From a virus (lineage: Duplodnaviria > Caudoviricetes): a DNA stretch of 58,854 nt. The position numbers were made by a program, and so were the translations under genes. Under the pieces are notes generated by a model that had not been told where the DNA came from, did not search any database, and worked only from the letters and a program-made list of their open reading frames with translations. Of the stretch, positions 17,877 through 26,246 are shown in pieces. The stretch spans positions 1 through 58,854 of IMG/VR virus record IMGVR_UViG_3300028025_000002; one strand, written 5' to 3'. Numbering within the stretch: the first letter of the stretch is position 1; every line of letters begins with the position of its first letter.

Positions 17877-18332
17877 ATGCGATTCTATGAAAAAGTTATT
17901 TCGAAACCAGTTCCAGTCGCATTATTTATACTTGGATTTATAGTCCTCAATCCATTTCACATCCCACCTGACGAACCAGCCCAAGCGGCTGAAGTAATCA
18001 TGAAACCAATCTTGGTGGAACGAACACCTGAAGCATCTAAAGAGTTCGCTCAAAAGCGTCTCGATGCTTATGGTTGGGATACTCCCGCTCAATGGGAATG
18101 TTTGCTATCGCTATGGACCAAAGAATCAAACTGGCGTCCAAACGCATACAACAAAACACCCGTATACCAAAATGGAGAAAAACTTAACGCTGGCGGTATT
18201 CCGCAGATACTCGGACTTGACCCTGACTTATCAGTTGAGGAGCAAGTAACGCGAGGACTCCTTTATATCGAGCATAGATATTCCAATCCTTGCTCGGCGT
18301 GGCGTTTTTGGGAAAGAAATTTTTGGTACTAA
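17877..18332 (+). CDS. Lytic transglycosylase-like (SLT/Rpf-related) exported protein
   Basis: N-terminal hydrophobic anchor, WECL..LWTKESNW, GIPQ, YI..RY..PC.AW.FW. Confidence 0.85.
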   Translation: MRFYEKVISKPVPVALFILGFIVLNPFHIPPDEPAQAAEVIMKPILVERTPEASKEFAQKRLDAYGWDTPAQWECLLSLWTKESNWRPNAYNKTPVYQNGEKLNAGGIPQILGLDPDLSVEEQVTRGLLYIEHRYSNPCSAWRFWERNFWY

Positions 18333-18341
18333 CCTCCCCAA

Positions 18342-18611
18342 ATGGGAATTGAAGAAGAACAAAAAAGACCTTCAGCAATAGACGATGCGCTTGCGGAAAT
18401 CGGGCGCATCGCTTTTGTTGAACCTGCAATTTGTACGGGATGGGTTTTAGTATCTGAATGGATGGGCGAAGGCGATAAGGATTACTGGACACTCACTCTT
18501 GCTGATGACCAAAATCCTGATTGGCGTCACCTTGGATTAGTTCATCATGGGCTAAAGAATTGGGAGGGAAATGATGATGTCGGACTTCGAGATAAACCAA
18601 GCGAAGATTGA
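18342..18611 (+). CDS. Hypothetical protein
   Basis: ORF with a W/E-rich pattern, in an operon. Confidence 0.6.
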   Translation: MGIEEEQKRPSAIDDALAEIGRIAFVEPAICTGWVLVSEWMGEGDKDYWTLTLADDQNPDWRHLGLVHHGLKNWEGNDDVGLRDKPSED

Positions 18612-18726
18612 AGAAGAAAGATTACAGTTACTCAATGATTTAATCAGGGAGCGTTTTGGCGATTGGGCGACACGCAAAGATGTTCCAATCAAAGATAATC
18701 AAGAAGTCTCAAGATAACATTTATAC

Positions 18727-19065
18727 ATGGGTTCATTTACATCTAAAGCGCCATGCCGTGAGGCAGACCCTTGGCTCTTTGACCAATTTAATTTAGATTT
18801 AGCGCAACCAGCACTCAACTATTGTTCTCGATGTATTTTTTGGGGAGAGTGTGAATCTCTAGTACAGCCTAAGCCTAGTTTTTATGATGGAGTAGTTGCT
18901 GGCAAGGTATGGCGAAATGGAAGAATTGTGGCTAAGTTAGACGCCTCTTCCCCCTATCGTCTAATTGTTGGAGAGGAACCCGATGAAGATATTGATGCCA
19001 TGGAATTTCGAGGGAGCGAGTTGTTGGGGGATAGAGACGAACTATTTTTTTCCCGAGAAGAATGA
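18727..19065 (+). CDS. WhiB-like protein (divergent), probably leaderless
   Basis: APC...DP.LF...C..C.F..EC...GVVAG. Confidence 0.7.
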   Translation: MGSFTSKAPCREADPWLFDQFNLDLAQPALNYCSRCIFWGECESLVQPKPSFYDGVVAGKVWRNGRIVAKLDASSPYRLIVGEEPDEDIDAMEFRGSELLGDRDELFFSREE

Positions 19066-19258
19066 GATAACTGAGGAGAATAAAAAAGTAAAAAAGATTT
19101 GTAATGGATGTTACTGGAAAGAAGAATGTCTGACCTATGCGTTACATTACAAAGTAGTCGGCATTTGGGGTGGAAAATCTACTAAAGAACGCGACAGTAT
19201 AAGAAAACAACTAAACATAATCGCCAAATCAATATCCAATGAAAGGCATATAGCATGA
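18983..19258 (+). CDS. whiB: WhiB family transcription factor
   Basis: Four Cys (C...CNGC..C), FFP, GIWGG..ER; GAGAGGA RBS. Confidence 0.9.
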   Translation: MKILMPWNFEGASCWGIETNYFFPEKNEITEENKKVKKICNGCYWKEECLTYALHYKVVGIWGGKSTKERDSIRKQLNIIAKSISNERHIA

Positions 19259-19698
19259 CAGCAATAGCAATAGCAGGAAACCTAGCAAGCGACCCTGAGT
19301 TGCGTTTTACTCCTAACGGTAAAGCAATGGCAACTTTTACAATTATTTCTTCTAAATCACAAAAGAAACCTGATGGCACTTGGGAAAATACCGATGTCAC
19401 TCCATGGTCAATTAAGTGTTGGAATAAACTCGCTGAGAATGTAGCGGACTCTTTGAAAAAGGGTATGGGTGTAATTATCCAAGGGACGGCAGTTTGGGAA
19501 TCTTGGGACGATAAAACCACGGGAGAGAAAAAGGGCAAGATGACCGTGACCGCTTTTAATGTGGGAGTGGACTTGAAGCGCCACACAGTTCATGTAGTCG
19601 ATGTACGCCGTAACGCTGAAGGCGATAGCGAGATTGACCCTTGGAGCGCTCCAACTTGGAAGAAAGAACCCGAGGTTCCTGAATCGTTTCCTTTCTAA
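19255..19698 (+). CDS. ssb: Single-stranded DNA-binding protein
   Basis: GNL..DPELRFTPNGKA, LAENVA.SL.KG, acidic C-terminus ending in PF. Confidence 0.93.
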   Translation: MTAIAIAGNLASDPELRFTPNGKAMATFTIISSKSQKKPDGTWENTDVTPWSIKCWNKLAENVADSLKKGMGVIIQGTAVWESWDDKTTGEKKGKMTVTAFNVGVDLKRHTVHVVDVRRNAEGDSEIDPWSAPTWKKEPEVPESFPF

Positions 19699-19747
19699 CC
19701 CTGATGTAGTATTATTGGGGTTGATAAACTCTCGAAAGGGGTTGTAA

Positions 19748-20047
19748 ATGGCTTGGACAGATTTCTTCACAGAAAAATTGTCAGGTTCTAAAGTAGTTGT
19801 TGATTCAGACGGTAAACCATTTATTTCAAAAGAAATTGCTCTAAAAGAGTATATTGAGATTGAATTAAACATTCAGGAAAATGCTTTGCCTTACAACATC
19901 TACTTCCGTCGTTTTGATGCTATCGGTGGCGAACTAGAAAACCGTCTATTTGCTCAGGTTGGCGACAGAGAATTGGCTTTGAAATCTTCTTTAGACATTG
20001 CTAACAAAAGACTAAACTCTTTTGAATTTGTCCTAGACGGAGAATAA
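19748..20047 (+). CDS. Hypothetical protein
   Basis: ORF with RBS. Confidence 0.65.
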   Translation: MAWTDFFTEKLSGSKVVVDSDGKPFISKEIALKEYIEIELNIQENALPYNIYFRRFDAIGGELENRLFAQVGDRELALKSSLDIANKRLNSFEFVLDGE

Positions 20048-20081
20048 AAAGGCTAAATTCGCTTAACGGTATAATCTACGG

Positions 20082-20246
20082 GTGTACGATAACCTTTCAC
20101 CCAATAGTGAAGGAGTCGTGTCTGTTTTAGGGGCTTTCGCTATTCAGACTCACGAATTATTTTCGGAGTTAGTAAACGCGGGATTCAATCAAGAACAGGC
20201 AATCGCAATCGTCGTAGGATTAGCAACCAAAGAGGCAGAGGGTTAA
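20082..20246 (+). CDS. Small hypothetical protein, probably leaderless
   Basis: GTG 6 nt after TATAAT; ELF.EL..AGF...QA; stop abuts the portal ATG. Confidence 0.6.
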   Translation: MYDNLSPNSEGVVSVLGAFAIQTHELFSELVNAGFNQEQAIAIVVGLATKEAEG

Positions 20247-21680
20247 ATGGCTGAGAAAATAACGCCTGATTTACAAGAGTTCGGCTCTACTGGTCTGCGT
20301 CGTTCGGGCGGAACTGTCTTTGAAGAATTTTTAGTTAATCTCCGTGGACAACGCGGAGCGAGAATCTATCGTGAGATGGCGGACAACGACCCGACTATCG
20401 GCTCGATGTTATTCGCAATCGAAAAAGTTATTACTCGTCTTGAATGGCGCATAGACCCTTATTCAGATAATTCTAAAGATGGAGAGATTTCTCCTGAAGA
20501 TAAAGAAGTTGCGGCGTTCGTAGAATCTTGTTTACACGATATGAGCGAGTCTTGGGACTCTGCTTTATCTCAAATGCTTTCGATGTTGGTCTTTGGTTAT
20601 TCATACCATGAGATTGTTTACAAAATCCGCGAAGGTGATAACGAAAACCCACAGCGTAAATCTAAATTCAATGATGGTCGTATCGGCTGGCGCAAGATGC
20701 CAATTCGCGCCCAAGAAACTTTATTCCGATGGATGATGGATGAAGATGGCGGTATTCAAGGAATGGTTCAAGTAGACCCTTCCTCGGGCGGTATCCACCA
20801 CATTCCAATCGAAAAGTCTTTGCTATTCCGTACCAGTTCACAGAAGAATAACCCTGAAGGTCGTTCTATTCTTCGTAACTCATATCGCTCTTGGTACTTC
20901 AAGCGCCGTATTGAAGAGATTGAAGCAATCGGTATTGAGCGCGACTTAGCAGGTTTACCAGTTGCTTATGTGCCACCTGAGTTTCTTTCATCAACAGCAA
21001 CTACCGAGCAAGCATCAGTATTAGCGACAATTCAAAATATCGTTACATCTATCAAGCGTAACGAGCAAGAAGGAATCGTCATGCCTTCTATGTATGACGA
21101 CCAAGGACATAAGGTATTTGATTTAGTTCTTCTATCTTCAGGCGGTTCTCGTCAGTTTGATACAGACAAGATTATCCAGCGTTATGACCAAAGAATTGCA
21201 ATGTCAATCCTTTCTGACTTTATTCTCCTTGGTTCTGACCGAGTTGGTTCTTATGCCCTTGGTACATCCAAGATGGATTTGTGGTCAATGGCGGTTGATT
21301 CAATCGCTAAGAACATCGCTGAAGTAATCAATCAACACGCAATTCCTCGTTTATTAAAACTAAACGGTATGGATGTTTCTCGCGCTCCTTATCTAACTTA
21401 TGGTGAAGTAAGCCATGTTGATTTGAATGAGATTGCTGGATTTGTTGGAGGCTTAGTACAAACAGGCGCAATAGTTCCTGACCCTAAGTTAGAAGAGTAT
21501 CTTCGCGATTTGGCTGGATTACCACCTGCTGAACATGATGGACAGAATTTTGGTATGCCTCCAATGCCTGAAGGCGAAGGGCTTCCTCCAATGCCTGAAG
21601 AATCAACTACATCAGGCGAAGAAGAATTACCTCCCGCTCCTACACAAACTGAGGCTCCGAAACTTCCTGAAGTTGGTTAA
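20247..21680 (+). CDS. Portal protein (DUF935/Mu gp29-like)
   Basis: YREM..ND..I, FGYS..EIVYK, NPEGRSILR, GIERDLAGLP, GSYAL; first gene of the head module. Confidence 0.88.
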   Translation: MAEKITPDLQEFGSTGLRRSGGTVFEEFLVNLRGQRGARIYREMADNDPTIGSMLFAIEKVITRLEWRIDPYSDNSKDGEISPEDKEVAAFVESCLHDMSESWDSALSQMLSMLVFGYSYHEIVYKIREGDNENPQRKSKFNDGRIGWRKMPIRAQETLFRWMMDEDGGIQGMVQVDPSSGGIHHIPIEKSLLFRTSSQKNNPEGRSILRNSYRSWYFKRRIEEIEAIGIERDLAGLPVAYVPPEFLSSTATTEQASVLATIQNIVTSIKRNEQEGIVMPSMYDDQGHKVFDLVLLSSGGSRQFDTDKIIQRYDQRIAMSILSDFILLGSDRVGSYALGTSKMDLWSMAVDSIAKNIAEVINQHAIPRLLKLNGMDVSRAPYLTYGEVSHVDLNEIAGFVGGLVQTGAIVPDPKLEEYLRDLAGLPPAEHDGQNFGMPPMPEGEGLPPMPEESTTSGEEELPPAPTQTEAPKLPEVG

Positions 21681-21682
21681 AG

Positions 21683-22687
21683 ATGGCAATTCATTTTGCG
21701 AAAGCGCGAAATAAGCGAGTTCCTTTAACACCTCAAGAACAAGAACTTGCTCGCACTCTTTATCAATCAATTCAGCGAGCCACAGATAAAATCTCTATGA
21801 GACAACTTGAATCGTTGCTTCGCAATATGAATCCTGAAACTTTAGAGCGTTTGTTATCAAGCATAACTATTGCTAACCAAAAGAGTATCCAAGAATCTTT
21901 ATTAAATTCGATTGACCTAGGTGGTAAAGATGCCATCAAACAAATTCAAAAGATTGCTCCTAAATTAGCCCTTCCAGCCTTCTCGCCTTCTAAGGTAAAG
22001 ATTGATAATCGACAGGCAATGGCTAACCTTGAATTCACAAAACTTCCTACATGGGCGCAATCTAAACCACCCAAAGTTGAATTCACTATGTCATTTAATA
22101 AAACAAACCCAAACTCTTTAGCCTTTGCTCAACGCCGTGCTGGAGAACTTATTACCTCGATTGACGCTTTAACCCGTAATTCAATTCGTAAAGCAATCAT
22201 TGACGCCTTTAATGAAGGCTTGGATTACAGAGCAACAGCCCGAAGAATTAAAAGTGTCGTAGGGCTACATCCAAGATGGGCTGATGCAGTAACTAATTTT
22301 GAAAAAAGAGAGTTTGCCCGATTAGTCAAAAGCGGAATGAAAGAAGAGACTGCTCGCGCTCGCGCAATAGAACGCTCTACCCGCTACTCAGATTCTCTCA
22401 AGAGCAAAAGAGCAACAATGATTGCTCGAACAGAGATTCAGATTGCTCAAAATGAGGGGCGCTACGAAGGTTGGAAGCAAGCATCAGAACAGGGTTATGT
22501 AGATGTTGAATCACAGAAGATGTGGATTATTGCTCAAGATGAACGCACTTGCGAAATTTGTTCTGAATTAGATGGCGAAATAGTTCCTTGGAACGAAACA
22601 TTTTCTAGCGGACATGAAACTCCAGGCAGAGTTCATCCTAATTGTCGTTGCACCATGGTAATCATTCCACCTGAGAGACGCTCATGA
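21683..22687 (+). CDS. MuF-like minor head protein
   Basis: RA.MIARTE, K.W....D.RTC.IC..LDG, HPNCRC. Confidence 0.9.
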   Translation: MAIHFAKARNKRVPLTPQEQELARTLYQSIQRATDKISMRQLESLLRNMNPETLERLLSSITIANQKSIQESLLNSIDLGGKDAIKQIQKIAPKLALPAFSPSKVKIDNRQAMANLEFTKLPTWAQSKPPKVEFTMSFNKTNPNSLAFAQRRAGELITSIDALTRNSIRKAIIDAFNEGLDYRATARRIKSVVGLHPRWADAVTNFEKREFARLVKSGMKEETARARAIERSTRYSDSLKSKRATMIARTEIQIAQNEGRYEGWKQASEQGYVDVESQKMWIIAQDERTCEICSELDGEIVPWNETFSSGHETPGRVHPNCRCTMVIIPPERRS

Positions 22688-23460
22688 GTATTACAATCGC
22701 ATTTCCACTTGGATATAAGCCAGTAATTAAACACGGAGACCACGACCAGTCTAGCCATGGTGCTTGGGCTTCAGGAATCATGAATGACCTTGTTACTTTA
22801 GGTAATTTCAATGAAGAGGAGTTGGGAGAAAGTTCACAAAATCTGTATTTTGAAACATACGGGATTAAAACTGATGGCAGTAAAGAACCCGTAGGAATCT
22901 CCCGTAATCAAATAGAAAGTTTGAACTCCTACACAGGAGAGGGATATACAAAAATAAATGCTTTTTTGCGCGGGCGAGGAGATAGTGGAAGCGACCCATT
23001 ATCAACAACAGAAGGCAAAATTTCTGATTTAGATAAACTTATAGAAGATTCACCCGATATGTTCGGAGACAAAAATTTATATCGAGTATTTGATAAAAAC
23101 CTAATAGATACTCTAAAAGAAGGAGACATTTTGACAGACAAAGGATTTATGTCTACAACTAGAGTTGATATAACAAGTGATGAGGGTCAAGAAGTATTGC
23201 AAAACTTACAGTTGATTCGCTTAACAGAAGATAGAGCCTCAATTATTTTGCCAAGTGAGTCTAAAAAAGGCAAAGGTCTTGCAGTCGATTATCTTAAAAA
23301 TTCTGTTTCAGATTTGTTCACAAATGTAGCAACAGCAAATAATGAAAAAGAAGTATTATTGCCACGCAATACTTCTCTCAAATTCCAAGGCTATAAAAAA
23401 TTGAATGAGGGAACGGACAATGCCATGGAGATTGCAGTCTTTCAAAGGATGGACAAATGA
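22684..23460 (+). CDS. ADP-ribosyltransferase (VIP2/Alt-like) with HDQ tag
   Basis: YT..GY..IN..LR, LYR, DKGFMSTT, EKEVLLPRNT. Confidence 0.88.
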   Translation: MSITIAFPLGYKPVIKHGDHDQSSHGAWASGIMNDLVTLGNFNEEELGESSQNLYFETYGIKTDGSKEPVGISRNQIESLNSYTGEGYTKINAFLRGRGDSGSDPLSTTEGKISDLDKLIEDSPDMFGDKNLYRVFDKNLIDTLKEGDILTDKGFMSTTRVDITSDEGQEVLQNLQLIRLTEDRASIILPSESKKGKGLAVDYLKNSVSDLFTNVATANNEKEVLLPRNTSLKFQGYKKLNEGTDNAMEIAVFQRMDK

Positions 23461-24179
23461 GTAGATTCATAACCATGCTTGGGGATGTTGAGATAACCCG
23501 AGCCAAAGATGTTAAAAAACATGGAGACCACGACCAAAGTTCTCACGGTGCTTGGGCTACGGGAGTTGGCTATAAAGATTCAGATGAACACCCCAAATAC
23601 GATTCTGCTGAAAATGGCGTAAATGTTGAATACTATACAAGTGTCGGGTCTTGGGAAATTAACGGTCTGCTTAGAACTGGAAAAGTACCTGAAGATTCAA
23701 ATTCTAATAAAGGAGAAATTCGTGACTATATTAAATCTCTTGATACCGAAATAAGTAAAACTTCAACACCTAGAGATTTAGTTTTATTTAGAGGAACTTC
23801 GGGAACTGGAACTGAAGTTTTTGAAAAACTTAAAGTAGGCGATATTTATATTGACAAAGGTTTTGTTTCAACTACTTTAGATATAGCCGTTGTACCTGAA
23901 TTTATGTCTACGGCTACGGGCGGGAGATACGATTCAAGACCAATAGAAAAAGGATATGTTTTAGAAATAAGCGTTCCTAAAGGCAGTAAAGCCTTATCAG
24001 TCAATAGTTATTTTAGAAATGTAAGTGGCAGATATGGACCAAGCGACGATATTCGTAAAGAGGATGAACATATTTTGCCACGCAACACAAAATTTAGAGT
24101 GGATAGCATAAGTAGTATTGATGTTCGAGGTCTAAAAGATAAACTTATTAAAGTATCGGTGGTAGATGATGGCAAGTAA
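23457..24179 (+). CDS. Second ADP-ribosyltransferase (VIP2/Alt-like) with HDQ tag
   Basis: IN.LLR, LFRG, DKGFVSTT, EDEHILPRNT.F.V. Confidence 0.88.
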   Translation: MSRFITMLGDVEITRAKDVKKHGDHDQSSHGAWATGVGYKDSDEHPKYDSAENGVNVEYYTSVGSWEINGLLRTGKVPEDSNSNKGEIRDYIKSLDTEISKTSTPRDLVLFRGTSGTGTEVFEKLKVGDIYIDKGFVSTTLDIAVVPEFMSTATGGRYDSRPIEKGYVLEISVPKGSKALSVNSYFRNVSGRYGPSDDIRKEDEHILPRNTKFRVDSISSIDVRGLKDKLIKVSVVDDGK

Positions 24180-26040
24180 ATATGTTTATGCCGAATCAGA
24201 CGATATTGAAATCCTTATATCTAAGCACGGCGACCATGACCAGTCTAGTCATGGCTCATGGGCGAAGGGAGTCCAAGTAGCCCCTGAGATTGTCCGCTCA
24301 ACCCTTGAGAGGGTCAAGGAGAATGGCGGTCTCTCAGTAAGCCTAAAGGACGGTTCTGAGCCTACTAAGGGGTTCATGGTTGCCAAAGGTAAGAAGTTCG
24401 CGGCGATAGTCAAGGCTGACGAATTTTTTGATGAGGCTAAGGGCGCTGAGATTCTTTCCTCCTATATGAAGCAACATAAATCAGAGTTCAATAATTCGAA
24501 TAACTACCTAGGTTTATGGCACAATACTGATGATGGACAGGTTTACCTTGATGTTTCAGAAAACATTGAGGACGAGGGGGAGGCTATCTCTCGGGGTCGT
24601 GAACGCGACCAAATCTCAATTTGGGATGTAGCAAACTTCAAAGAGATAGAAACAGGAGGAACAGGTGGCATCGAAAAAACTCGAAGCGGTACAACTGCCC
24701 GATATGTCGAACATGACAGACGAGCAGATAGACGCTTACGCCAAAGAGATTTGGGCGAAGTTAGCAAAAGGCAAGAACGAGTCAAAGTAATTTATTTTGA
24801 TTATGGATTAAAACCCGTATTCAAACACGGGGAACATGACCAGTCCGAACACGGTAACTGGGCTAGAGGTTTTACTGAAGATGAAATTGCTCGCATAGAA
24901 GAAATGCGCGGTGTTGGTCCATCTTTAGAGGACTTAGATAATGTCATGAAAGATATGGAAGTTGAATTTAGTGATGAGCGATTAAAACTTACTGTTGAAA
25001 ATGACAGCGACTTTTATAGAGAAGCAACTCAAGATATTGATGAAAAGGTTGCTGAACGCCTTAAAAACCTACAAGAAGAATTTCCTAACCATGAATATAG
25101 TGAGCAAGAAAAAGCAACCATCTATGAAGATGTACAAAACGAGATGATTGATGAGTATGTAGAAAATTACAGAGATATGCTGACTGAATACGAAACACTT
25201 AATTCAGGCGAAACAGGCGGTACCCAACAAGACCCTGAAGAGTTAGTTCCGTATTTTGACGAGGTTTTTGGAGTTAGCCATACGGGTACTCACCCTGATG
25301 GTCGTGAAATAACTTTGACCGCAAACATCGGTAGCGTGTTTAGAGACGGAAATAGTATTTATGTCCGTGGAGATATTGTCGATGAAAACGGCGATATGGT
25401 CGGAGAACTTAGCCGAAGATTTTTTAATGAAAACGGTATATGGAATGTTGAACACGAAGTCCTAGCAATTCCTGACCCTGATTATCAAGGTACAGGTTTT
25501 GGTAAAGCACTCATTGAGCAATCTGAGGCTTGGTACACAGCAAGAGGTATGGGATATATTCAAGTTGGAACAGCATGGGATGGCGCTCGCCATTGGGCGC
25601 GAGCAGGTTATGACTTTGCGCCTGGGAAGGTTGCTGACAGTCTACAAACGATTGCTAACAATGTTGAATATGTAGATGGATTCGAAAGAGGCACTCCAGC
25701 AAGAGCGGAGTACGATGCTTTGATGAGTAGAGCAACAAATAATTATCAACCTGATTTTACAGATGAAAGTGGTAATCAATACCCCGCTTGGGATTCAGTT
25801 AAAGATATAAAAGAAGATGGTTTTCCCCTTCCTGCTCATTTTGCAAACATTGGTTACACAGAGGGCGCAAGAGATTGGGCTGGCAAGAGTTTGATGTATG
25901 ACTTGAGATTGAAGTATGTAAAGTCATTGACTGCTGAAGGTCAGAAACTATTAGAGGGTCCTATCGACCATGATGGCGATGGATTGATTTATGACGGAAC
26001 AGCGCGTGAGAAGCCAGCACCTACTGGCGGAAAGAACTAA
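24169..26040 (+). CDS. Multidomain protein with two HDQ tags: unknown domain plus GNAT-like acetyltransferase
   Basis: GNAT motif YQGTGFGKAL...G..HWARAGYDF; C-terminal DHDGDG..YDGT motif. Confidence 0.75.
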   Translation: MASKYVYAESDDIEILISKHGDHDQSSHGSWAKGVQVAPEIVRSTLERVKENGGLSVSLKDGSEPTKGFMVAKGKKFAAIVKADEFFDEAKGAEILSSYMKQHKSEFNNSNNYLGLWHNTDDGQVYLDVSENIEDEGEAISRGRERDQISIWDVANFKEIETGGTGGIEKTRSGTTARYVEHDRRADRRLRQRDLGEVSKRQERVKVIYFDYGLKPVFKHGEHDQSEHGNWARGFTEDEIARIEEMRGVGPSLEDLDNVMKDMEVEFSDERLKLTVENDSDFYREATQDIDEKVAERLKNLQEEFPNHEYSEQEKATIYEDVQNEMIDEYVENYRDMLTEYETLNSGETGGTQQDPEELVPYFDEVFGVSHTGTHPDGREITLTANIGSVFRDGNSIYVRGDIVDENGDMVGELSRRFFNENGIWNVEHEVLAIPDPDYQGTGFGKALIEQSEAWYTARGMGYIQVGTAWDGARHWARAGYDFAPGKVADSLQTIANNVEYVDGFERGTPARAEYDALMSRATNNYQPDFTDESGNQYPAWDSVKDIKEDGFPLPAHFANIGYTEGARDWAGKSLMYDLRLKYVKSLTAEGQKLLEGPIDHDGDGLIYDGTAREKPAPTGGKN

Positions 26041-26059
26041 ACTGGGGTATAATTAAACT

Positions 26060-26221
26060 ATGGCTATGAGTAGACGAGAAACCCAAAAGGCTATCCAAGA
26101 GGCTTATTCAAAATGGGCTGAGAAGGTTCAATTTACTTCTTACACAGGCGCCGATGAAGCCGATGAAACAATACTTATGCAAGAAATTCAAACCATACTT
26201 CAAGGAAATAAACCCGAGTAG
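26060..26221 (+). CDS. Small hypothetical protein, probably leaderless (candidate immunity protein)
   Basis: ATG 6 nt after TATAAT; 53 aa; sits between effector genes. Confidence 0.55.
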   Translation: MAMSRRETQKAIQEAYSKWAEKVQFTSYTGADEADETILMQEIQTILQGNKPE

Positions 26222-26246
26222 TAATACCATCCGCTATTCTTAGAAC

